A program made the position numbers and the translations under genes. From the NCBI GenBank assembly GCA_011109175.1, contig RDEW01000011.1, positions 745,061-778,060 on the forward strand: a stretch of 33,000 nucleotides of DNA. The letters are read 5' to 3'. Positions within the stretch are counted from its first letter, which is position 1; each line of letters starts with the position of its first letter. Source of the stretch: Dicyema japonicum. Its lineage: Eukaryota > Animalia > Dicyemida. The notes under the pieces are model-generated. The model had not been told where the DNA came from. It worked only from the letters and a program-made list of their open reading frames with translations, and ran no database searches. This document shows, in pieces, positions 11,851-21,795 of the stretch.

Positions 11851-12108
11851 TAATCAGTCAATTCATGAAATGACTAAAATTTAACAACTTACATAAATTG
11901 CCTAAATCAATTAGACAAATTCTGTAACCACAAATATAGGCTAATTAGCACGAAACAAACACATATTAACGTTCAAAAATAGTCTAATACGTGGTGTATT
12001 GCGCTAATTTCGTACTATAAATTCTGAAAAATTCTCCATTGTGTTATGAATTCTAATTTGCAACAAATAGTTTGGAGGAACAATTTTTAGAAGAATTGAA
12101 ACATATTG

Positions 12109-13434
12109 TGTGACAGTCCATAGGTGTAACGGCGCCGTTAGTGTAACGGTCTATAACAGATTGCAAAAAATATTTTTTTAATAATAAGCTCATTAGAAAA
12201 CGACAACTATTTATAAAATTGTATATAATAATAACTATAATTTAAAAAAATATAACGGCTTAGCGAGCCGCGTAATCCAGACCAACAATCGTCTTGGATG
12301 ATCCATAGATGGATGCTCTGGCATCCAACCTAGTCAGCCGGCTCTCTGGACATCGCCTGGACTGTTTCCAAAATTCGAGGGAGGCGGTTGATGGATCTTG
12401 GCTTGGGGTTTACCCATGTCAAGAAGTTGGTGGATTGTTGGATGATGACTCCCTTCGTACAGCTGTATGTCTACACCTCGGATTGCCTGTTTGCACCAAA
12501 TCGAAGTGCAAATGTGGCTGTCTATCGACGAACTGGGTCTCCACCTCCTCTCATGCCGGAGCGGAATTGGCAGATTCTTCGACATTCGGCAATGAACGGC
12601 ATCATTAAGAGGGCATTAGAATCGGCTGGATTCCGTTGCCGGATCGAACCGACTGGTCTATTTGACAACGGAAGACGCCCTGACGGCATGACCTCCTTTC
12701 CTTTCGAGCGAGGGCGAAACCTTGTATGGGATGTGACCTGTGTCTGCTCTTTCGCCCCAAGCCAAAAAATAATTCACCGGGCAGACCTTCTTCTCAAGCA
12801 GAGGAAATGAAAAATGCTAAGTATTCGGATATCAGCGACAAGTACATTTTCGCACCTGTCGCGATTGAAACTTCGGGGAACTTTGGCCCTAAAACGCTGA
12901 AGTTCTTGAATCATCTTGGAAAACTACTATCCGACAAAACTGGTGATCTTCGTGAGACGAGATGGCTCAAGGAGAGGCTTTCGTTGGCTGTTGTCCGTGG
13001 GAATAGCTTATGCATCTCCCAACAGCTGAATAATTAAAATTAACTATTCTTTTTCCTTATAATAAAATATAGAACACGTGTCTCAATGGGTTTAGTGATT
13101 CTCGACAAAGAAACACTCGAAAAATAAAGAATTCAAAACTCAAGCTAATTTGGGCTGAAGATTCTGAATCTAGAGTGAAAAGATTTAGGCTTAATCAAAT
13201 AGAGTTATTTTTGTATGGAGAACCATAAAATAAATAGATAATTGGGTTTATTTGATTTTAAATTTAAAAATATACGACATGTTGGTTTTTACGTGAGAAG
13301 AAATTTTTTAGATGTGATTATTTTTGTAAATAACTATTTTTAAAACTCAACCACTAGAATTTAAATATTAATAAATTTGGTAAAATTTTATCAGCGTTAC
13401 ACCAACGGCGCTGTTACACCTACGGACTGTTACA
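12109..13434. mobile_element. Ginger-like non-autonomous DNA transposon (TG...CA, 40-bp TIRs, 5-bp TSD) carrying a nested retrotransposon fragment
   Basis: Left TIR tgtgacagtccataggtgtaacggcgccgttagtgtaacg; reverse complement of right end tgtaacagtccgtaggtgtaacagcgccgttggtgtaacg (36/40). TSD TATTG at 12104-12108 and 13435-13439. Confidence 0.8.
12258..13075 (+). mobile_element. 5'-truncated CRE-like non-LTR retrotransposon (Zn knuckle plus restriction-like endonuclease)
   Basis: LRTAVCLHLGLPVCTKSKCKCG, RHSAMNGIIKRAL...EPTGL...RRPDGMT...LVWDVTC, PVAIETSG...LKERLSLAVVRGN*. AATAAA at 13061. Flanked by a 3-bp duplication ACG; copy B shows the empty site (ataacgtgtc). Confidence 0.9.
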
Positions 13435-13452
13435 TATTGGAAATAAAAATTA

Positions 13453-14567
13453 CAGTAAACCTTTCGAATCCGCCAAATTTGGGACCTGGGAAACTCCTTG
13501 GTCCATCGTCTGTAAAAAACATGAAGCGTTTGCGAGTAAAAACATTATTTCAACTTGCTGCAAATCTGTACAAATTTGCGAGACGGACATTGGTCAAGTA
13601 CGAGTAGATTTTGCGCTTTTCTTTAGCCAACCTGATTTTTTTTATTTATTTAACCCAAGACCACGGTAAAACAAAACTAATTATCACGTGATCCCGATGC
13701 ATTCTAACAAAGACCTCATCTTTGCCCGTCGTTCTTCCTTCGTGCCCGCGCATGAACGTAGAGGACGGCTGTCTGAATTTTCAGGGCCAATTTCCCGTGA
13801 TCTGGAGTCAAGTCTCATAAGGTATTTAATCAAAAATGTATTGAATAACTTGGAATCCATCCATGCTTGTTTAGAATTATTATAGGTCACATAACTTTGG
13901 TAGTTAAAATTTTTAAAACATCTGGGTTTTTGAATTTTCCAATTATGATTGGTGTTAGTTTATCAGTACCAGTCATATTTGAACAAAGCATTACAGTCCG
14001 ACCACGGTTTGGAACGGACCTCGGGGCTGGAACACCTCAGTTTTTGGAACACTTTGTAGGATCTCTGCCAAAAAATACTGAAAACTTCGATTTGGAAATG
14101 AATTTATTACTATTTTTTATTTCTAGTCATTAAAAAAATTAATTATTATTCAATAAAAAACTCCACAATAAATCATTATGAGTTTTGGTCACGAGAAAAA
14201 AATTGAAATTGCTCGACTACTCCTGAAAAATCATCACACAGAGTACTTGCTCGGAAATATGAAACGAGCATTGGCACAATAGCTGGAATAAAAAAACGAT
14301 TATGCCCTACATAACCCATAGGAACATTATTTCAAATTTTCGAATTTAAACAAAAACTGACGATATTTTTAAAACTTTGGATAGTAAAGTTCTTGACACT
14401 TTTCAACAATTACGACTCCAAAATATTCCAGTTTCTGGCCCTTTTATTAAACTTGGTGTAGAAGTTTTTTTGAATTAAAAAAATAAAAATAATAAGAAAA
14501 TGAAAAAAAAAATATTTTTAAAAATGCGGCGGATTTGAAAAATTGGCGGATTCGAGAGGTTTTACTG
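13453..14567 (-). mobile_element. pogo/Tigger-family DNA transposon, decayed, copy A (lacks about 580 bp present in copy B)
   Basis: TIRs CAGTAAA(A)CCT(T/C)TCGAATCCGCCAA with TA flanks. Minus-strand DDE-region motifs CSNMTGTDKLTPIIIGKFKNP, YNNSKQAWMDSKLF, LLVLDQCPSH, MDQG. Confidence 0.9.
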
Positions 14568-14689
14568 TACTTATTTATTTTTAAAAATGAATATTTTTCA
14601 AACATCTAAAAATTTAAAAATAACTTTAAAAAAATTAAAAAAAATCAAGAAAAGATTATCATATTTTTAAAAAATACAAAGTAGTCAGT

Positions 14690-14835
14690 GTGGACACTCT
14701 GAAAGACTCATGCATAAACGAAACATGTAAGAGGAAATTGCGAAATATTGATTATGTAGAAGCACTTTTCGACATTATCAAAAAAGCTCACATACAAACT
14801 GGCCATGGTGGACGTGATAGAATGGTTGCGTGTTT
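14690..14835 (+). mobile_element. Ginger/KRBA2-type integrase N-terminal fragment
   Basis: YVEALFDIIKKAHIQTGHGGRDRM matches the ELFDII..H...GHGGR.RM H2C2-region motif of Ginger/SCAND3/KRBA2 integrases. Copy at about 28975-29105. Confidence 0.6.
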
Positions 14836-15500
14836 CAAGGATCTCCTTTATCCCCTGCTCTGTTTGACATCTTTCAGGCCGATCTCCCCACTCTTGAATC
14901 TGATAATGACGTTCTACTTTCCTATGCGGATGATATTGTGTTGACTTCGCAAGATCAGGACATCCAGAAGCCCACGGAAAGAATACAAATTAACCTTGAC
15001 AGGCTTGATGCTCGTGGTGAATGCAGCGAAGTCGTCTACGTTACTTTTCACTTCTGACAAAAGATTGGGAAGGAAGACAGTCACCTTGAACTTAAACAAG
15101 GTCGGCATCCCTTTCAACAGATGTCAAAGAATCTTGGTGTGACAATTGATGTGCATCTCTGTCTGACACCACACGTAGAAAACATTCTATTGAAATGCGA
15201 GAAGAAACTGAACGAATTGAATAGTTTATCGGGGATATGGAAGAGTGGTACTCACCCTGTCCTGATGAACGTGTACAAAAAGTACATCGAGTTTCTCATG
15301 CATGCGCCTCGTGGGGACCGTCCATATCTCGGACAAATATGAGGAAAATTAAGGAAATGCAAAAGAGGGCTTACGGAGTAACGGAACGTTGGATTTGTAA
15401 AGATCACCGAACCAGACCTACGCCTCTGGAGGCCCTTATAAGAATAGACTCCACATCACGGGAATGTGTCACTGAAAATTCAGTCAACCGTAGGTTGAAT
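14830..15500 (+). mobile_element. LINE reverse transcriptase fragment
   Basis: QGSPLSPALFDIFQADLP...LLSYADDIVL (QG..LSP.LF and YADD motifs), then NLGVTIDVHL. Frameshifted. Confidence 0.85.
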
Positions 15501-15536
15501 TAGATACATAAAAGATTATAATTTATTAAAAACAAA

Positions 15537-15932
15537 TACGTTCGACTTCGCAAATTGACCATTTGGTTCCTTATAATTTTGTGCCAATTTGAAAAAATAA
15601 AATCAATAATTTCGAAAAAATGTGAACAAAGAATTTTTTTAAAATGCCTTAAATGAACAAAAAAACGTATTTAAGTTTTATTAAAATATAATTCCTAAAT
15701 GTTTTTCTTTCATTCTTATTGAAGAAATTAAAGAAATTTATTCTCAATATTAGTTAAGAGCTTCCTCTGTTGCATTTTTTATGAGAGGAATTGGAAAACA
15801 TGTGTTAATTAATTTTTTATTTTTCCAATTTTTTTATTAAAATTAAATTAAAAATTGGCCAAATAATAAGGAGAATAGGATTTTTTTCTTAGAATACTTT
15901 TCAAAAATTGGCTAATTTGCGAGTGTCCAGTG
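15537..15932. mobile_element. Degenerate pogo/Tigger-type MITE
   Basis: Degenerate TIRs (tacgttcgacttcgcaaattgacc; ggctaatttgcgagtgtccagtg). About 250 bp of the interior is homologous to 22597-22860, which starts with TA-CAGTCGACCCTCG. Confidence 0.6.
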
Positions 15933-16656
15933 CAGGGGTCGGCAACCGTGGCTCGGAGTTTTTTATGTGGTTTTTTCAATTATCGCAAACGATTACTTAC
16001 ACTTACAATAAAAATATTTTCAAAATGGTATTTTTCCAAAATGTTTTTTATTATTTATTATTAATTTATTAACCCCGGATACACCGAGAAAGAAGTTAAA
16101 GGAAACAACTAATTAAGTGTATCCAGTTTCCAATTCTACAGAAACAGAGTCCATCCGAAATCAACATAAAAGGAAAAAGACCTTCCAAAATGTCTCCTTT
16201 GCCACGAAAAATTCAACCAGAATAAAAAGTCAAATTTGGAGGGACACTTTAATTCAAAGCATGGTGATTTTTCAAGAATACAAAAACTAGCTGTGGAAGA
16301 ACTCAAAAAATTAAAATGGAAAGCTCAACATTATCGAAAGCAGTCTGCCAAGACAACTAACATTGGTTGCTTCATCGTCAGTAATGATTGCAAAAATAGG
16401 AAAACCATTCGCAGATGGTAAATACATCAAATCCTGTTTTTTTAATTTCACAACAACTATTACAAAATTTTACGAATAAAACAGAGATTTTAAATAAAAT
16501 TAAAAACACACCTTATGAATTTGATCAAATCAAAATTAAGGAGTCTAATTACTTATGCTAATTTGAAATCATTATATTAAAAAGTGGCTCTTCAATTTTT
16601 TTTAATTGCCAAAAAACCAAAAATTGACTCTGGCTTAAAAAGTTGCCGAGCCCCTG
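15933..16656 (+). mobile_element. hAT (Buster/GTF2IRD2-like) internal-deletion derivative
   Basis: TIRs CAGGGGTCGGCAAC and GTTGCCGA(G)CCCCTG. Interior PKCLLCHEKFNQNKKSNLEGHFNSKH (BED finger) and frameshifted FIVS...KPFADGKYIKSCF. No matching 8-bp TSD. Confidence 0.8.
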
Positions 16657-16689
16657 TACTATGCGAACATTAATCATAAACCATATTCA

Positions 16690-17100
16690 AAAGACCTGGA
16701 TCTTAGTTCAGGTGGAATAGACCCTAATCCGCTGTTCAGGTGATATCTCCGTTCTTGAACTGAAGAACCTGAGTCTTTCTGCGACGGTGATAATAACGAA
16801 AATTTTCAATCTCTCAATAAACGAGGACAAGATTTTTTTCGTATGAGAGAAATCACTGATACACTCTATCCTGAAGAAAGACAAACCACCAAACTGTCCG
16901 TCCTCCTACCGCCCGGTATCCATCATCTGTGCGTTGTCACGGGTGTTGGAAAAATCTGATCTTTCTCAAAATCTGTCCTTTCGTTGCTCAACCATCTTTT
17001 CTACACAGATTCCGCTAAGGACACTCAACAACGACTTATTTGACAAAACTGGTCCAATTCATTTCTGCGGCCTGAATACTCCAAATCCACACGAGAAAAC
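16690..17100 (+). mobile_element. LINE RT N-terminal fragment
   Basis: ELKNLS...ITKIFNLSI and KKDKPP.CPSSYRPVSIICALSRVLEK motifs. Copy at about 30690-31060. Confidence 0.75.
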
Positions 17101-17289
17101 CGTGCAGGTCTCAATAGATAAGGCTCTTTTACTCAGTATTTCGGAAGATCTTTACGGCAAAAAATTTTTTATGACAGTTGTCTCCAACGCTATTCAATAT
17201 GTGAAAATATTATTGAGATCGCCAAAAAAAACATAGATGGGGCTATTTAGTGGTTGGCCGCCCTCACTCATACTTTGATCTTGGTTCAC

Positions 17290-18720
17290 AGATTTTATAG
17301 CAATACACCTTGATTTCGAACAATTCCGGAGACTGAACCCACTCAGTCGTACCTCAAAACAATTTAACACTGGGTTTCTACTAAAGCCATCGAAAACCTT
17401 GGTGTAACAAACTTCTAAGACGTCTGACGCTGCGATATTTTCCTATCCGAGAAGTATGCATCTTTTTGGTACGCTTTTGCAGCGGTCACCATACGGATTT
17501 ACATGACCACATGATCAGGACGATGGGCTTCGTCACTGTGTCCTCTCTTCCCTCTAGAGCAGAGCTTTTCAAAAAATAATTCTCGCGGCACACTAATCGT
17601 AAAAAAATAATCCACGGCACACATTAAAAAAATAAAAAATTAAATTTTTAAGATGTGTAAAAAAACTAAGTACAAAAATTGGTAATTTAATGCCCAAATT
17701 TTTATTAATAGAAAAATGAAATCTTAATTATAATTGTTTTTGCATATATTCTCCGACAAAGGTATCTTCATTATTTTTTGTTCATATTTATGACTAAACA
17801 TAATCCTAGCAATAATACGACAAGCAGGGATTATCAAGTTTTCGCCAATAGTGTGAGGTTTTAGTTGTTTTGTTATCAATCCTGATATCAGGTATGAACA
17901 TTTCAATGATTCCTTTGTGTTTACTAAAGTTTCACTGAACATCATTTGACTAGATCTGCGATTCATAGTAAAAACTAAATAATAGTTGTGTTGTTTTTTC
18001 AAATGGATAAAATAATCCACAGATTTTTCGGAATAGTCCGGATGCTTGGAAGTAAAATGTCTCTTTAGTTTGCTAAAAACCATAGCATCATTTGCAAAGA
18101 CTCTCATGCAAATTAGACATTGAGGTAGTTTATTTTTATCTTTGCATATAAATCCAAATGACAAAAAAGAATCTTTATAAAAACGACGAACTGATCCATA
18201 AGCACGTTGATGCGGACGTTATTAAAAAATTAATAAATAATAGTTAACCAATGTAAATGTCATTAATATATAATAAAAAATGATTATTTTAATTTTAGTA
18301 ATTATTTTAATTTGTTTATCTTTTTAAATTAATTAGGTCAAAAAATGCATATAAATTTATTCAAATTTTTATTTGGCAGGCGGCACACTAGAAATTGTCT
18401 CGCGGCACACTTAGTGTGCCACGGCACACCGTTTGACAACCTCTGCTCTAGAGTCTATACGGTCACCTAATCTCTTGTATTGGCCCCCTTTGATTTTTCA
18501 CATCAGATGCCCTCCCTTACACTAAGTGTCTTCATTTTCTCAGGGTGGATGCGCCCTCTTACCTCTTCCTTGATACTCAGAATACATCAGTTACGTGAAC
18601 TAGCACAGCATAGGATGCGCCAACATCCTAATTCGGATTTCATCTCCCACGAATTTGAGGAACCTGAACGAGTATGCCTAAGGAGACAAGGGAGTTATCA
18701 GTTACATGAAAACAAACTTT
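17290..18720 (-). mobile_element. Highly decayed LINE RT remnant, split by the Buster insertion
   Basis: The copy B version reads VDTKAFDGFSRNLVLNCFE, resembling the RT D..KAFD motif. Otherwise very degenerate. Confidence 0.35.
17560..18445 (-). mobile_element. hAT Buster/ZBED5-like non-autonomous element with perfect 8-bp TSD
   Basis: TIRs CAGAGCTTTTCAAA and TTTGACAACCTCTG. TSD CTCTAGAG (17552-17559 and 18446-18453) with central TA. ORF 17724-18164 PQCLICMRVFANDAMVFSKLKRHFTSKH...SYLIS.LITKQLKPHTIGENLIIPAC. Empty site in copy B at 32453-32460. Confidence 0.93.
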
Positions 18721-18736
18721 AGTAGAATAAAACAAA

Positions 18737-19512
18737 TCATTTTTGAAAGACTGAGAGAGGCCTCGAGAAACCTAAATAGATAGAGGTCCCCAACCCTTAG
18801 TACACTCATCACAAACGACGTCCTCCACAAATACAAACATCAAGTCTTCAACCAAATACCTCCTAAACTCCTCAGGCATGAACTTCAAATTCGGGTAATT
18901 CAAAGAGGCTTTTTCCTGTAAAATAAGAAAAAATGTAAACCGAAGAGTTTCGGTTCTTCACATAGCTCTCCCACGTCTGAATCTCAATAATAAGAAGTCC
19001 CCCAGAAACCAGATCAGCATGCATTCGTCTAAACGTAGTTCTGAGGCCCTCATCCCCATTTATTAGATGAATCCACTTTGTGAGGGATAAGGCCAATATC
19101 GTGTCGTACCGTCTCGCTGGGATGTACGCTTCAATGTCACATGGAACGTAATTTTCCTGTTAAATTACATATTTTTCATTAAAGTGGGGGATATAAGTAT
19201 AGTTACATAGGAGAAGGCAATATTGGAAGGGAATGAGTCAGATGGCGTTTGGTGGAGGATCTTACGGGAGGCTTTGAGTATTAGACTCCGGTCGATGTCG
19301 ATTCCGAGAATGTGACGGGGCAAAAACGTTTTGGCAATCATGATGGTTACATAGCCAACATTGCAGCCAATGTCTAATACTTCTTTGTCTCTGAACCAGA
19401 CGTCCTTCATTGCCTCTATCCTGGGGTCCTCCTGATTTCCAATTCTATACCCATAATAACGGTCATAGTTGCCGTATGGAAATCGCTTTTTTAATTTACT
19501 ACTTTTGTTCAT
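18737..19512 (-). CDS. MEPCE: 7SK/U6-type RNA methylphosphate capping enzyme (Bin3/MePCE), methyltransferase domain only, 225 aa, 4 exons
   Basis: Exons 19512-19207, 19156-18941, 18915-18795, 18771-18737 join in frame. Introns 50, 25, 23 nt. Motifs FPYGNYDRYYGYR, DPRI, VLDIGCNVG, GIDID, NYV, YDTILALSLTKWIHLINGDEGL, GGLLIIEIQTWESY, KGFSRPLSVFQK*. Confidence 0.92.
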
Positions 19513-19779
19513 ACACACAATTTTTTTAATATTGCCTCTTATATTTTTTTAAATATTGTTTATTTTTATAATTTAATTTACACTTATTTTAATAAACATT
19601 TACAATTATTTTCCTCGTAGGTCTCTTATAAACAAATAATGAATAGAGCCCATTATTTTCTCTCCAACACTAAAAATTTCGACTAGCTCCACCAATGTTC
19701 TGAGTGAACGAACTAATGACATGCTATCTCTGAAAATAAGTGATTTAGAATTAAAAGTTTCTCGTAGTATACCAGTTGA

Positions 19780-20420
19780 TCTTGAAAAATGAGATACGAT
19801 ATCACCTCTCCATTCATACTCGTATAAAATTGACCTGGTGGAGGAGATACTTTGCTGTATGATGTTTATATTGATGTGATACGAAGATTAGGACTAGAAC
19901 CGTGGAAAATATGTGTCTACCCAGTAATTCAAAGCATTATGGGCTAGAATCTGCTACTCGTTCAAGATTGGCTCTTGGAATATACCGCATATGGCGACTG
20001 GTGGTATCGAATACTTATGAACGGCCAATATCCCTCTAATAGTCACAAGACTATTATAAAGGTTTATTCTCCACAATATGCAAGGGTGGCGAAAGATCCT
20101 ATTGAACTGGAATACTTTAATCAGAGTTATCGAAAATGAAAAAGAGTCGTCATCGCTGATATTCCAAGGCGAGTAACTACATTCTTAAACGGTATGGGAT
20201 ATCGGTGGCAAGGATCTTCTTGATCAGAAAGTGTCTAGACCGGTCAGAAGCTTTTTTTTGTCGATTGATGCAACAGTCGTTCGATCAAGAGGTTTGACTC
20301 GCATGCTTACAGATGTGACATAATCAATCTGCTTGGCAGATAAGTTAAAGAACTCTTTGCTTACTGTAGATTATCAAGAATTCACGTACAATTGGAAGAT
20401 CTCTGAAGCATGAATTGAGT
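19780..20420 (+). mobile_element. Decayed APE endonuclease region of an RTE-like LINE
   Basis: SKHYGLESA resembles the HDGLEFAV motif of the 600-2760 element; VYSP motif also present. Heavily disrupted. Confidence 0.35.
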
Positions 20421-20461
20421 TGCTGTGCCTAAAATAATGAAAACCCATTAAAAGCAATAAA

Positions 20462-21500
20462 TAGGGCAACCAGAAAATTGCAATTTTTAAAATATAAATT
20501 GCAAATAATTTTTTAATTGTAAAAAATTGCATTATTTATGATTAAACTCCCAAACTCATCTCCTTCAAATTTAGAGACAATTTTAACAATTCTGAAGATT
20601 CTGGAGTAATATTTGCTGTTTTAGCCAGCTTCCCCATCTTGTGAGAACAATGGATTTTCCTATTTGTGAGAACATTTCACAGCGTATTTTGTTCTTCGCC
20701 GTGGCAGCCTTAAAGAAGAAATCAGGGTATCAACATATTTGAAGTAGGATTTTATTCCTTTGTGTAATAGATGTGAAACAAAAGTGACGTGGAAAAGATT
20801 TTGATATTAAATTAAATTTATTCCATAGACCAAGGTAACCAGACGAACTAACTCCTTGATCTGACTCGTTCCAGCATTCCAGAACTTGTCTCCAGGTAAC
20901 GACATTGTCCCCGGGGAAAAATAGTGGATCCTTTTGATGCCGGCCAGGCATTGGGCGACTCCTCAGTAAGGTGGATCCAATGAGGCCATCGGAAGGAAAG
21001 AAAATAATTTATGACAAACTATCCACATAGCACCACATGGCGCCACGGTGGCATATTCATTGATGTCCCAGCTAGAATTAGATTTATTCCTACCACTTGT
21101 CATACATCTTGCAGCACGTGTGACGAATAAGAGGAACTTTTCACGTTCAATTGAAAAATGTTGAAGTTGTAGGCAGAGAATGTAGGTAGTTACATGATAC
21201 GAGAAATAATTATAGCAGGTTTTTAAACTTTTTTATTCTTAATTAATTTTAAATTATTTATTTTCAGAAAGAAAAGGGATCAACGAGAAGGGTTATGGCT
21301 AAGACAAAAGATTGGAATGGCCATACTCCGAGGGAACTCGTTCGCAATCCACGCAGCCGGCTTTCTCAACTGACATTTGTTTGATTGTTAAAAAATTATT
21401 TTGTTAAAAAAACAATTTTAAAATGAAAAAATATAACTACAATTAAAAAAATTTATTTGCAATTTGTATTTTATAAATTGCAATTTTTCTGGTTGCCCTA
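20462..21500. mobile_element. TIR-bounded element, probably hAT-type non-autonomous
   Basis: Imperfect inverted repeats of about 60 bp, TAGGGCAACCAGAAAATTGCAATT... (20462-20521) and ...AATTGCAATTTTTCTGGTTGCCCTA (21438-21500). Partial third end gttgcccta at 21836-21844. No TSD match. Confidence 0.7.
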
Positions 21501-21559
21501 TTATTATTCACTACTTTAATATTTATCTTTTTTTAATTAAAGACATTTTTTCCACTTTT

Positions 21560-21795
21560 CTCTCTTGTCTTTCCTTAATAAAAGTATTTAAAATTAAAGA
21601 CAATTATTTATCATAGAAACAATTGTTAGTTGAGGAAGCCGCGATCGAGTTCCCTCGGAGTATGGCCATTCCAATCTTTTGTCTTAGCCATAACCATTCT
21701 TGTCGATCTAATGTCTTTCTGGCAAGCATTCCTCCGAGTTTGCGCAAGAACTCAGCCGTCATTCGACCAACGGCTCCCGATGACTTGACCATCTA
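21560..21795 (-). mobile_element. 5'-truncated CRE-like retrotransposon 3' end (distinct subfamily)
   Basis: SGAVGRMTAEFLRKLGGMLARKTLDRQEWLWLRQKIGMAILRGNS, equivalent to the C-termini at 12.9 kb and 25.4 kb. Confidence 0.8.

Larger units (their letters stand above)
12010..18995 (+). repeat. Segmental duplication, copy A (tandem partner 26545-33000)
   Basis: Collinear near-identity starting at tcgtactataaattctgaaaaa (12010 vs 26545) and running to aatctcaataataaga (18995 vs 33000), apart from transposon-sized indels. Confidence 0.95.

Noticed and set aside
12109-13434. Solo LTR interpretation of the TG...CA element
   Set aside because: It has 40-bp terminal inverted repeats, which LTRs lack, and no adjacent PBS or PPT was seen.
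15925-16664. 8-bp TSD for the 15933-16656 hAT derivative
   Set aside because: Flanks gtccagtg and tactatgc do not match.
6357-19206. Recursive or twin splicing of the 49-nt and 50-nt introns as two units of about 25 nt
   Set aside because: Neither contains an internal AG, so there is no intermediate acceptor.
9146-19512. Functional cluster of Pol II elongation regulators (ELOA plus MEPCE)
   Set aside because: They are about 8 kb apart on opposite strands with TE debris between them; two genes are not evidence of clustering in a eukaryote.
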